Source: Eledone cirrhosa (lineage: Eukaryota). From it: a DNA stretch of 64,000 nucleotides. Positions within the stretch are counted from its first letter, which is position 1; the number at the start of each line of letters is the position of its first letter. The DNA lies in the NCBI GenBank assembly GCA_964016885.1, contig OZ024741.1, positions 147,994,001 through 148,058,000 of the forward strand. The letters run 5' to 3'. The notes under the pieces were generated by a model, which saw nothing but the letters and a program-made list of their open reading frames with translations, did no database searches and had not been told where the DNA came from. This document shows, piece after piece, positions 37,280 to 50,489 of the stretch. The position numbers were made by a program, and so were the translations under genes.

Positions 37280-38335
37280 TCAAAAGATCATATTCCATTA
37301 CAAAAGATGCACAAAGATACAGTAATGGACTATAAATTTCAGAAGTCCCATTTACTGCTGAAATGGAAAACACAGAAAAAGCAAAGCAGGTAAAAGTAAC
37401 TGCAAAGAAAGAACTGCTACAGAAACTGGCTAAGAAATGACAAGAAAAGCCTCTGTATGGAAAATACCCAGAGCGAGCTAACAATCCTGATGTTGACAAA
37501 ACTTTAACCCATCAGTGGTTGGCATCCTCTGGACTGAAATCGGAGACTGAAGGACTGATTATATCGGCACAAGATCAGTGTCTGCCAACAAAAAATTACC
37601 AAGCCAACATAATAAAAAAATGGGTGCAGCCCATTATGCCGTGTATGCAAAAAACAACCAGAGACCATTGACCATATAATTTCAATGTGCAGTCCTATAG
37701 CTCCAACCGAATACCTAAACAGGCATGACAGAGCTGCACAATACATACATTGGATAATTTGACCTGCCCCATCAAAAGAATTGGTGGGAGCATCAACCAC
37801 CTCCCATACTTGAAAAAGATCACATCTCAATCTTGTGGAACTTTAGCATCCAAACAGACCGAAAAATAGATGCAAATAGACCTGATATAATATTGAAGGA
37901 CTTTCAAAAGAGGGTATGCCTGCTAATTGATATGTCTGTTCCAATAGACAAGAAGGTATCTATAAAAACATTTGAAAAATTGAGCAAGTATAAGGACCTG
38001 GAGATAGAAATTGGAAAAATGTGGAAATTGAGAACTAAAACAATACCAGTGGTTGTAGGCGCTCTGGGAATGATACCTAAGGGGTCTAATGATTACTTAT
38101 CGCAAATCCCAGGAAACCCGCGTATAGGAGAAATACAAAAGATAGTACTAATGGGAACTGCCCATATACTAAGGAAGATTCTGTCAATATAAGTACATCA
38201 CAAGTCTAAACACTAAAGATGCATGTGTGAATATGTATGTTCTTTCTTGAACATGGCGGACCTTGTTGTCTCTTGAGGTCACTGGTTGTGACTTGGTGAT
38301 AACTCGTATGAACATAAAGCAAGATAAATGCAACT

Positions 38336-38337
<2 letters not shown>
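37280..38337 (+). mobile_element. 5'-truncated Dong/R4-clade RLE element, family B
   Basis: LKSETEGLIISAQDQ, CRVC..ETIDHIISMC, RHD, RPDIILKD..LIDMSVP..EKLSKYKDL, IPVVVGALG. Ends in (AAT)10. Confidence 0.88.
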
Positions 38338-38368
<31 letters not shown>

Positions 38369-41300
38369 TTTTCTTTATTAACCACAAGGGTTTACATAAA
38401 GTAGACATTAAGGATAGTCAGGACAATACAGGACGGTACAAATGGGCATTTCTGCGTGTAAAAAAAACAGAGGATGTAATAAAATAACAAAGAAAAATTC
38501 CCCAATAGGGGGGGGAGACTTCCGCGGGACATTTGTGGAGAAAGCCCATTAAAAGACCACAGTGACCCTGACCACCAGGGCAAGTGCCCTCTCCCAGTTT
38601 TCCACCTTTAATTTACAGACACATACTCAGAGTAGGCCCATTCACTCGGGCCATACTTGCTTCTCTCGCACTTCCCTCTCTACCCTGATTTTCCTTTTCA
38701 AATGAAATTTGAAAAAGTTAATCAGGGCATCACCGAAGAGGTAAGTGCTCGTCTTCAGCCATTTCAAACGTGTCCACCATACTATCTCTTTCGCCATGGC
38801 CACCAGACAGATAAAAACTGCCTGCCCTTCCCGGCTAAAGGAAGAGGGCGGGGCAATCCTCACAGTGGACTCAGCTGATAGCTGGATCCGTCCTACACGT
38901 GACAGCAGGTGTTCGACATAAACCCACACGTCAGCAATGCTCGGACACTGGACGAGTGCAGGACGGTTTCGTCGCCCTGCGCGCATCTCGGACATGCCCG
39001 GCTGACGGCACCTCCATGCCTGTAGAGTTTATCCCGAACTGGCAAACTCCTCGGTAGCACTGCCAGGCCACGGATTTCTGGAAGTTGTCCATAGGCCCCG
39101 GCCCGAAAGTCCTTCCGAAGAGATTGGCTAGTTGATTTTCGTCGACGCCTAGAGTTTCTCCAAGTACGTCGTCGCTCTTCCCCTCCACTAATCCCCTATA
39201 GAACGCCAAGGTGGAGTTTCCACCGATCACATTGCCCGATTGGTCGAGGGCTGTGAGCGCCTGAAGACATTCCAGTCTCCAAGCGCTCCCTCTCGGTCTT
39301 TGCTTGACCCAGGACTGCAGCTCCGTCAAGGAGACGAGCTGGGGAAAGACGTGTCTAGCAAACGGCGACCACACCTGATCACCGTCGAGGAAGAGGTAGA
39401 GATGTCGTAGCCTGAGCGCGTGTCTGCGCATCATCAGCCGCGGCATGCCCAGCCCTCCACGTAGCGGGTGTTGACAGCAGATGGACCTCCTGACCATCGG
39501 AGCGCGTCCCTTCCACAAAAAGCGAAAGAGCAAACGCTCCAGCGCAGTCAGGCGGGGCTTAGGACAAGGTACGACGGTCAGGCGGTAGTAGATGACGGAC
39601 GCGATGTACGCGTTAGCCACCTCCGCTCGACCTTTCAGAGATAGCTTCCTCTCCGCCCATTTCTGGGTGAGAGAAGCCACCCTGCTCGTCACCTCGTCCC
39701 AGTTTTTGTCCGTCTGGAGGTCCGGACCGAACCAGACCCCTAGCAATTTAACCGGTCCGTCCGTCCAGCGCCCGACGACGCTGTTGGACGGCATGGACCT
39801 GCCTCTCCAGGTGCTGAGCTGCAGGCCCACTGACTTTTCCTGGTTGATCATTGCTCCTGTCACCGCTTCGTATTCTCTTAGTGTAGTGCCGATCGCCTCG
39901 ATGTGTTTGGCGTTCGACACCACTACGGTGACATCGTCCGCATATGCTGACACGGATCTTCCGCATCCTAGTTCGCGCGGGACCCCCCTCAACGTCTCCA
40001 GTTTGTGCAGTAATGGCTCGAAAGTCAATACGTACAAGAGGGACGAGAGGGGACATACTTGGCGGACCGAGCGCATGATGTTGAACGGTTCCGAAAGGTG
40101 ACCGTTCACTCTCACCACAGAGCAGATGTCGCTGTGCATGGCAGCGATCCAGCCTCTGAAGACGGGCCCAAAGCCAGCCTCCCTCAGGACTGCCGCTAGG
40201 TAACGATGGTCGACCCTATCGAAAGCTTTCGACTGATCTAAATTGATCAAGGACCCACCCGTGCCAGGTTCCCTAGCTACCCTCTCTACGATGTATCGCA
40301 TGAAGTGGAGGTTGTCGTGGATGAATCTGTCGGGAATGGCGCATGTCTGCGCCTCTCCCACCAGACCACCAACGACAAGCGCCAACCTCTTTGCTAGCAC
40401 CTTGGCCAAAATCTTGAACTCTGTGTTTAGCAGAGTTATGGGCCTAAAATTATCTATGTTATCCCCCTTGTTCGGATCCTTTCTCAGCAGCGCCACCGCT
40501 CCTCGGCTCACAAAGCTGGGAATTCTCCCGTTCTGTTGCCAGTTGCAGTAGACATCCGCCAAGAGGCCTCCGAACAAATCTGGCATCTGTACATAAAGTT
40601 CATAGGGCAGACCGTCCAAACTAGTCGATTTACCCCTTGTGCAGCCAGTCATTGCCTCCCGTACTTCAGCGGCTGTTATCAGCTTTTCGCAACACTCCGG
40701 CTCAGTGGCCAAGAGCCGCGGCAGTCCTTCGAGGTATGCATTAAAGTCCATCCCTCGATCCGGCCCACCGCTGCCCCTGAACAGCTGAGCGAAGTGTCGC
40801 TGAAAAGCTTCACACATTTTCCCAGGATAGAGTAGCATGCGCCCGTCGTGGTCCACCAAAGACCGGATCGTAGAGGAAGGACGGTTTCTCCATCCTTTTC
40901 ACTGCTTGTGTCCTCCTCAGGAAGGATGTCCTTATAAATCCTCCTGGGGGTGCTTGTTGGAAGCCTCCGATGTCTTTCGGGAATTTTTGTTTTAGTGTCA
41001 TGTACGTTTTCTGTGTGATGTGAGTGATTTGTATGTGTGGAGGTGGTGTGAACTTTTGGGTTGTTGTGTAGTCTTTTTCTGTGATGCTGGTGTTGTGTTG
41101 GATGTAGTGTAATAATTGGTTGTTGTTCAAATTTAATGCTGTGTAGTTTTGGTTGCTTTGTTTTGTTTGTGTTTGTTGTGGGTTTGTTTCTGTTTCGCTT
41201 TTTGGTGACCTTTGTGGTGTAGGTCAGTGGTCGCCAACATGGGTTCCGCGGAACCTTGGGGTTCCGTAAAACAAACTCCGGGTTCCTTAAAAAAATAAAT

Positions 41301-42329
41301 ATTTACATTACCATTATTTTGGGTTTTCTGAAAAAGGTGCAAAGAAAATGCCAAAGGTGCAACGTATAAATAAACGAGTACTATTGTAGTGTACACAGGT
41401 TCTCCACTCCAATTCGTGAAAAACACTACTTTCAGTTTCTCACTTGAATTAGCAGAAAAACACTGTTCTGAGATTCGTGGAAATTGAATACTTTCAATTT
41501 CACATCAATTCTTGGAAAGACATAGTTTTCTGAATTCCGAGAATTTGACTACTACTGATAATACACTAATTGAACTTAGAAATTGACCAATCACGAACAA
41601 GTAAATGTTGGTCGATGACAGCATAACTTTAAACTGAAAACTTCAGTTCAGCGAGGTCTCTCAGCCGAGATACAGGGTCAGTTCGCTGTTCTCACAACGT
41701 AAGTTCAGTAGAATGTTTTCAATAGAGAACACGTTTTAATCTGCTGTCCTCACAAAAGCTTTAAAGTCGCCTAAAGTTTCCTCACAGAGTGAACTCGCTT
41801 ACTAGTCGTTTTCAACATGCATCCAGTTCCACAGACAATGAAGAACATGTTACATTCTGTTGTACTTTGCACAGAAAATATAACGCCTGTAAAGTTTCGA
41901 CTACTAACAGAGGTAATTTTGTATTCCATGCATACACTATAAACTTTGCCACACAATTATGTATTCATTTGATGACATCTGCATTCACAATTGAGAAATT
42001 ACTTTATACAATAAATATATATGTCCACAAACATTTGTCTAAACTTTATTTGTTCCAATCTAATATATGTTTAACGCAGCCTAAAGCCTTCTTATATTAT
42101 ATCTAACTTTGAGTCAAAATAGATAGAAGATATCTGAATTAATTTCCAATACCATCGTCACATTTTCTACACTATCAGCTGATTTGCATTTTTTGCACCT
42201 ATGGCGGATATTTAAATATATTTACATTACCAATAATATTTAATACGACCCTAAAGTAGTATATGCAGGAAGTGCTGGACTCTGAAAAAAATTTCTTCTA
42301 GTTGTTTATAAATTTTCACCTTCTTCAGT

Positions 42330-42420
42330 AACCCCTGATCCTTACGAGGTCGATAAAATAAAGTACCAGTAATGCACTGGGTAATTGCTGGCCTTGTGCC
42401 TAAAGTAGAAACAATTATTA
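42330..42420 (+). mobile_element. SINE fragment inside the hAT 5' region
   Basis: Reverse complement of ~7767-7850 (gtcgataaaataaagtaccag...gctggccttgtgcc.aaagtagaaacaatt). Confidence 0.6.
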
Positions 42421-42623
42421 TAAGACTTTAAATAATATATTTGCCATCCTAAAATGGAGAAATTTCAATTTTTTTAAATTAAAATTTTTTTTTAACTAGT
42501 TAAGTTTTTCCAAATATCTAAAATTAAAGTTAATTTAAGTACTTTTTGTAATAAAAAAAAATTAATTTCTCTTGTTTATTAATGTCATATTAAAAATGTT
42601 AACCGTAGATAAATAACATTGAT

Positions 42624-44549
42624 ATGATGTCTACTGCAAAGAAGCTGAAGTTAGATACCAGCAGTAAGGTTAGACAGTGGTGTGATGATTATGTTAGATA
42701 TGGATTTCAAAAAGCTGACACTAAAAAAGATACACCAGATCAGCTCATGTGTTTGCTATGTTCAAAAGTTCTATCAAATAGCTCTTTAAATCCTGTAAAA
42801 CTTAAAAGACACCTTGATACTAATCACACCAATGATAAAAACAAGTCACTGGAATACTTTACTTCGCTGAAAAACATCATCAAAAAATCACAAGCTAATA
42901 TGTATGACTTGTTTTGTAAAAAGTCAGATAGAAATAAAGCTTTAACAAGAACACCTTTTGAAATTTCACATTTGATTGGTAAAAATAAGAAACCATTTAC
43001 ATTAGGAGAACAGTTAATTCTGCCAAGTATAAAAATTGCTACAGAGAATCTTTTTGAAAGCTGCAGTATTAAGGACAAAGAAAATTTAAGCCAGTTACCA
43101 TTGTCAGCAAATACCGTAAAAAGAAGGATAATTGATATTTCTTCTGATATAGAAAATCAGATACTAACTGCACTAAAGAAAAGCATATGTTTTGGTCTGC
43201 AAGTGGACGAAACTACGGATATTAATAACAAGGCTCAATTAATTTGCTATGTACGGTTTGAAGACCTTGATAAAAAAGAATTAGTAGAAGAGTATTTGTT
43301 TTGTCTATATTCACAACTCTATATTCACAACTAAAGGTCAAGATATATTCAATAAAATTGAAGAGTATTTTTTTTTAAATGGTGTATCTTGGAGCAAGTT
43401 GACTTCAATAACAACAGATGGAGCAGCTGCAATGACTGGTAAAAATTCTGGTTTGATTGCAAAAATTAAAGAACAGACCCTAAATTGTATTTCAAATCAT
43501 TGTATGATTCATCGAGAGGTTTTGTGTTCAAAAGAATTCAAAGACAGAGATGCTCAAATATTAAATGACCAGCTGAAAGACATTGACAAAATTATCAATT
43601 TGATCCATGCAAGAGCAAAAAATTCTAGAATGTTTGAATCTATTTGTGAATCTTCTGGAAGTAATTATAATAGATTGTTATTGAACAATGATGTGTGTTG
43701 GCTGTCTTTTGGGGATGCTATGAAGAGAGATTTTGAACTGAGAGAAGAAATAATAGTTTTTCTAAAAAAACAGAATGATGAAAGAGCAAGTGTATTAGAA
43801 ACCAATGAATGGAATGTGCAACTCGCTTATTTAGTAGACAACTCGCTTATTTAGTAGACATTTTTGGTGAACTGAACAAACTAAATAAGTGTCTTCAGGG
43901 TAACAATGCAGATATTTTTACTTCAATCAATTTTATTACGTATTTTCAATCAAAATTAAACATCTTTATAAAAAGAATTGAATCGGACAATTACTCATTA
44001 CTTTCAAACCTTGAAATAGAGCTTAAAAGGAGAGAAGGTTTTGACTCCAGCAATCTAAAGAAGATTATTCTTTCTCATTTAAATGTGCTTTCCACAAGTT
44101 TTTCAGATTATTTTGACTTGATGGAAAAAGATATTGTTAGCGGAAATTTATGGATAAAAAACCCGTTCACCGAGATCGAGCCATTAGTGTCAGAAAATGA
44201 CGCTGGAAATTGTAAAAATGTACTACCTGCACAATGCTTACATCAGTTGATGGATTTGAATTCAAACGAAAACCTGAAAGTGATATTCGAAAGCAGAAAG
44301 AAAGAACTATGGATCGACTTATTCTTGATTGGGTAGTTTAATGAAATCAGCCAACTTGCATTGAAATATTTGACTTTATTCCCATCTAGCAACTTGTGCG
44401 AAAAAGGGTTTTCGCAGTTGGTAGAAATCAGCACAAAGAAGAGGAATAAACTGTCAGCAATTGACGAGTGTATGAGACTGGCATTAACTAGTGTTGAACC
44501 TCGATTTTCTAAACTCACTGATGAGGCGCAACAGCAGAAAAGCCACTAG
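42624..44549 (+). pseudogene. Frameshifted hAT (Buster-like) transposase
   Basis: BED finger (CLLC..LKRHLDTNH), LQVDETTD, TTDGAAAM, HCMIHRE, LCEKGFS. Split over four ORFs. Confidence 0.92.
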
Positions 44550-46471
44550 TTAATTGTGTTCGATTACATACACACGCATGAAACACTAAAATAAATAAAT
44601 ACTTTATTATTTTTTTTTGAAAAGTTTTGTATAGGTTCCGTGAAGAATTCAAAATATTTAGAGGGTTCCTCGGTTTTAGAAAGGTTGGCGACCACTGGTG
44701 TAGGTGATGGTGGTGTTGGGGTTAATGATGTTGATGGTGTTGGTGTTTGGGGTGATGGGGTTGGTGATGCTGGTGTGGATGGTGGCATATCTGTCCTAAC
44801 TTTTTTGTTTGATAGTTTATTTGTTTCCCTCTGTATTTTGTTTTTGGAGGGGGAAGGAAGAGAATTTTTTCTTTTTTGGTTTCTTTTTTTCTTTTTTCCT
44901 GATACCGTTTCCCACTCCTCGTCGTCACAATCTGTCTCCAGTTGTGATAGGCCGGGGTGTGGAAAATCCTCCACAGGCGTTAGTTTGGGTTGTGGCGTGG
45001 TGGATGGTGTAGGCGCTGGTGCTAGTTCTGGCGCGTTGGGTGGTGGTGGTGTTGGTTTTGCTACTGTTGCTGGGGTTGTTGCTGTTACAGTTGCTTCTGT
45101 TGTTGCTGCTACAGTTGTTGCTGCCATCTCTGCTGCTGGTGGTGTTGATGGTTGAGTCACTGAGGTGGCCTCAACCTTTTAGCCTGAGGGCAGAAAGCCC
45201 TTAGGTGGGTTCCTTCACCACAAACGACATACCTAGGCCTTCTTCCCTCGACAATTACGGTGAGGTGGCTGCCGTCAGTGAGGTCTATTACCTCTGGGAT
45301 CTCCTCAATGCTTTTTTGGTCCGCTTGGATCAGGAGCTCCATCCCAGATCCGGACCAGTTCTCCTGCTTTTCTTTCGCTATTTCGTTTTTCTTGGTGTTG
45401 GCTTCGATGCCGGCGAGGACGGCTGCTATTAGCCAGGGAATTTCGATGGCCGGTTGAACGTGGGTCACCCTGATCTTTACGAGTATCTGGCCACAATAGC
45501 TTGGGACGAGTGTGAAGTCGTCATTTCTTAATGGGGCCATGGAGTGTTCTCTAGCCTCCTCTGGTGTTTCAAAGAACACGTCCACGGTTCCATACTTCTG
45601 CCCACGTCTGATGTGGGTTTTTCTTGCCCACACATGTCCCAAAGCTTTTTGGATTTGGGACTCGGATGCCCGTTCCACTCGGCGCGATTTTACATTAATT
45701 GTTCGATACGACACGGTGCATAGGCGCCGATGCTCCATTTTATTAGGTGGGGGGTAAGGCTGACCCTGTACCCATCTTTCTTTACCATTTTTTTGGCATT
45801 TTCTAATTCTTCCTGAGTTACCGTAAATGCTTCGCACTGTTTTGCTACTCTGGCAAAACACAGGGTGGTTTTTTTAATGTCATTGTTGCTGTTGTTGTTA
45901 TCGTTATTTTTGTTATTATTTCAGTTGTGGTGGTGGGGACGTCAGTGGTGTTCAGTGTGGAAGAGTCCATTTTGGTTGAATTCATTTCGATATCACGAGT
46001 TAATTTATTTTTTTCTTTTGTTTCTGTTGTCGCGGTGGTGGTGGTGGTGGTGGTGGCGGCTTTAACATCTGCAGTCATTGGTAATGGCGGGAAATGAATG
46101 TCTGCCTGAGACAAATTTAAAATATTGCTACTGCTTATATTTTTTTTAGTGTTAGCAAACGTAGTAATATTTACAATGGTGGTGTCGGTGTGAGGTGTTA
46201 GTTTGTGAGAAAGGAGTGACTCTGAGTCAGCCATGATGTTTCAAAGAAAAATTTTTGTTTTATAATTATAAAAGTTTAAATTTTGGGCTCAAGGCCCCAA
46301 TCTTTTTGGGTGTCCTTTTCAGATAACAATTTATGTGCACTTATATACAGTTAACAATAAAATTTTCCATGAATGGCAATTTTGAACAACTAAAAATAAC
46401 AAACCTTTGCGGAGCTCACGATGATACGATTTACTACGTAGGTCGCCAATAATAATAATAATAATAATAAT

Positions 46472-46718
46472 GCTTTCTTTATTAACCACAAGGGTTTACA
46501 TAAAGTAGACATTAAGGACAGTACAGGACAATACAGGACGGTACAAATGGGCATTTCTGCGTGTAAAAAACAAAAACAGAGGATGTAATAAAAAATAACA
46601 ATGAAAAATTCCCCAATAGGGGGGAGACTTCGGAGGGACATTTGTGGAGAAAGCCCATTAAAAGTCCACAGTGACCCTGACGACCAGGGCAAGTGCCCTC
46701 TCCCAGTTTTCCACCTTT
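46472..46718 (-). mobile_element. Tx1 family A, 3'-UTR-only copy T2
   Basis: Matches 38368-38610 and 52931-53170. (AAT)8 on both sides. Confidence 0.88.
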
Positions 46719-47034
46719 AATAATAATAATAATAATAATAATTTTTTTATTGGCCACAAGGGCTGACATCAAGAAAAACATTACAGACGGCACAGGACGG
46801 TACGATGTGGGTTTTGTGCGTGTAAATATTTTTATTATTTATATAAGAAAAGAAAAAAAAGGACATAGAAACATATATATATATAAACAATAAAAATGAA
46901 AATTGAAACAATGAAAAATTCCCCATTAGGGGGGGAAACCTCCGAGGGTTACTCGTGGCGAAAACCACACAAAAGACCACGGCCACCCAGACCACCAGGG
47001 CAAGCGCTCTCTCTCAATTTTTCCATTTCTCAAA

Positions 47035-50000
47035 CTACAGACGTATATTCAGAGTGGTCCCGTTCACTCGGACCATTCTCGCTACATTCACCCACCTTTC
47101 AACAAACTTACTAGAAGGCAGCACTTGCTTCTCCACCCTGATTTTCCTCTACAAGTGAAACTTGAAAAAGTTAATTAGGGATTCCCCGAAGAGGAAAGTG
47201 TCTGTCTTTAACCCTTTTAACCTTGTCCACCACACAATCTCTTTCGCCATGGCCACCAGGCAGATGAAAACCGCCTGCCCTTCCTCCTCGAAGGAAGATG
47301 GCGAGACCATCTGCGCAATGGACTCAGTCGACAACCGGATCAGTCCTACACGCGACAGCAACTGTTCGACATAGCTCCACAAGTCAGCAATGCTCGGGCA
47401 CTGAACGAGTGCGTGCGCGACGGTTTCGTCGCTCTGCGCGCATCTCGGACAGGCTCGGCTGACAGCACTTCCGTGCTTGTAGAGCTTATCTCGAACCGGC
47501 AGGGCTCCCCGGTAGCACTGCCAGGCCAGGGATTTTTGGAAGTTATCCATAGGCCCCGGGCTAAAAGTTATCCGGAAGAGAGCAAACAGCTGATCTTCTT
47601 CGACGCCCAGGATCTCTCCGAGAATGTCGTCGCTCTTCCCCTCCACTAGTCCTCTATAGAACGCCGAGGTGGATGTTCCACCGATACTGGTGCCCAGCTG
47701 GCAGAGGGCAGTGAGCGCCTGGAGATATTCCAGTTTCCAAGCGCTATCCCTCGGTATTTTCTGACCCAGGACTGCAGCTCCGTCAAGGAGACGAGCTGTG
47801 GGAAAACGTGTCTGGCGAACGGCGACCACACCTGTTCACCATCAAGGAAGCACCAGAGATGTCGCAGCCTCAGCGCATGTTTGCGCATCATCAGCCATGG
47901 CATGCCCAGTCCTCCACGCAACGGGTGTTGACAGCAGATGGGTCGTCTGACCATGGAAGCGCGTCCCTTCCACAAAAAGCGGAAGAGGAGGCGCTCCATT
48001 TGGGTGAGAGTTGGGCTGGAGCAAGGGACGACGGTGAGGCGGTAGTAGATGACGGATACGATGTATGCATTCGCCACCTCCGCCCGGCCTTTCAGGGACA
48101 GCTTCCTCTCGGCCCATTTCTGGGTGAGGGAGGCCAACCTGTTCGTCACCTCGTTCCAGTTTTTCTCCATCTGGAAGTCCGGTCCGAACCAGATCCCGAG
48201 CAATTTAATCGGTCCGTCTGTCCAACGCCCCACGACGCTGTCGGACGACATGTACTTGCTTCTCCAAGTGCCGATCTGCAAGCCGACCGACTTTTCCTGG
48301 TTTATCTTTGCTCCTGTCACCGCTTCGTATTCCTTGATCGCGGTGCCGAGCATCTGGATGTGTCTGGTGCTCGACACCACCACGGTGACGTCGTCAGCGT
48401 AAGCCGACTCGGATTTCCCGTATCCTAGTTCGGGTGGGACGCCCCTCATCGCCCCCAGTTTGTGCAGTAACGGCTCGAGAGCCAATACGTACAAGAGGGA
48501 CGAGAGGGGACAACCCTGGCGGACTGAGCGCATGATGCTGAACGGCTGCGACAGGTGACCGTTCACCCTCACAACTGAGCAGATGTCGCTGTACATTGCT
48601 GCGATCCAACCCTTGAAAACGGGCCCGAAACCGGCTGCCTCGAGGACCGCCGCCAGGTACCGATGGTCGACCCTATCGAATGCTTTGGATTGATCCAAGT
48701 TGATCAGGGCCCCACCCGTGCCAGGTTCCTTAACCACCCTCTCTATGATGTATCGCATGAGGTGGAGGTTGTCGTGTATGGATCTGTCCGGAATGTCGCA
48801 TGTCTGCGCCTCTCCCACCAGACCCTTGACGACAAGCGCCAACCTCGTTGCTAACACCTTGGCCAAAATCTTGAACTCTGCGTTTAGCAGGGTTATGGGC
48901 CTGAAATTATCGATAACATCCCCCTTGTTTCGGGTCTTTTCTCAGCAACGCCACTGCTCCCCGGCTCACAAAACTAGGAATGCTCCCGTTCTGCTGCCAG
49001 TTGCAGTAGACGTCTGCCAAGAGGTCACCGAACAAGTCTGGCATAAATACATAAAGCTCGTAGGGCAAACCATCCAAACCTGGCGATTTACCCCTTGTGC
49101 AGTTAGCCATCGCTTCCCGTATTTCACCGACTGTTATTGGCTTTTCGCAACACTTTGCTGCAGTCGTCGAGAGCCGAGGCAGTCCGTCGAGGTATGCACT
49201 GAAGTCCATGCCCCGATCCGGGCCGCCGCCGCCGCTCCCGAACAGTTCAGCAAAGTGCTGCTGAAAAGCTTCACACATCCGCTCGGGTTCGAGCATCACA
49301 CACCCGTTTTGGTCAGACAAAGACCGAATTGTGGCTTTGTTGCCACGTCGCGCCTCTGCCAGCCGGGCCCATTGGACGGCTTTTGTCCCCTCGTGTTTCA
49401 GAGCACGCGCTCTAGCTCTGACAACGCAGCCTTCGTGTTTTGCGTTGAAGAATTGGTCGAGTGCCAATCTCGCCGCAAGCACGTCGGTTGCGATGCCTGT
49501 CCTAAACGCCTCTTCTAGCATTCTGACTAGCTCTCCCTCTACTCTATTTTCCTCTATCACTACTCCTTTGCTAAACCTAATCGACTCTACTTTAATTGCC
49601 CCTTTCAGGGCGAACCACCACCTGTTGTTGACGACCGCTCCCGTCAACGCCCGCTTAACTAATACGCTAATCCGGTCTCTGTAGGCTTTGCGCGCCGGGA
49701 AAAACACGTTCAGCTTCCAGTAACCAGGCCAATGTCTATGAAGTCTGTCTATGTCGATCTCACAGATCACAAATTTGTGGTCTGTGTAGTCGACTATTTT
49801 AAATTGTGGACAACTTATACTAGCCTTATCTAGTTCTCTGCAGAATATCCTATCGAGATACGATCTGGATGACCCGATACGGTTTGTCCATGTCCACATT
49901 GGCACATTCGGGTGATCCAGTCGATACCTGTCAGATAGTTCAAAACGTCTGAGCAGGTTGGTGAGGCTCTTGCACCCTCCTCCCCTATCCACTAGCCCCA

Positions 50001-50457
50001 CACGATCCCAGCGTGCATCCAATATACCGTTCCAGTGGCCCACTAACACTAAAGAGCGGGACGTTCCAAGAAAGGTCTCTAGACGTCTGAATAAATCTGG
50101 CCGTCCTGCCCTTGTTGGGGCGTAGACGGCTACTAGCCTGAAAGCATTGCCTTCGCTGCCGGTCACGTCCAGCACCACCGACTTACCTTCTGGGTCTAGG
50201 AAGATGGCCCGTATCGCGAGATCCAAGCCTCTCCGAAAAAGGACGGCGACCCCTCCCCCCGATCCTTGACGGCTGGGAAATGCGTATACATCGTAGCCGC
50301 CGAAGATCGGTGCGAAGGCTTGTGCTTCGGAGATTCTGGTTTCACTGATGGCCACCACATCTATGTTTAGTGGCCTGAGGTCGTTGAGCAGGTGACCCTG
50401 CTTCCAAGATGATCCCAGGCCACGTGCATTTATACTGCCTATTCTGAGTACGGCCAT
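47035..50457 (-). pseudogene. T3 ORF2: APE endonuclease, RT and C-terminal zinc motif, disrupted
   Basis: GSINARGL, ISETR, VYAP, SRSYLDRI, TDHK, SPGLDGLP, SVRQGCPLS, YADD, CPRC..ETVAHALVQC. Two frameshifts and a stop. Confidence 0.9.
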
Positions 50458-50489
50458 GTTGCATGAGAAACGGGGCAAGTGAGAAAGGG

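Larger units (their letters stand above)
41225..44697 (+). mobile_element. hAT DNA transposon (Buster/Charlie type), 3473 bp
   Basis: 14-bp perfect TIRs CAGTGGTCGCCAAC. 8-bp TSD GTGTAGGT at 41217-41224 and 44698-44705. Subterminal GGTTCC repeats. Empty site at ~56987-56994. Confidence 0.95.
38368..46447 (-). mobile_element. Tx1-clade element family A, copy T1 (both ends present, endonuclease deleted, hAT inserted in ORF1)
   Basis: ORF2 RT (LDQSKAFDRV, YADD) at 38613-40871; ORF1 at 40872-46234. Same 5' terminus (GGCGACCTACG) and 3' terminus as 52931-58779. Flanked by (AAT)10 and (AAT)8. Confidence 0.92.
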
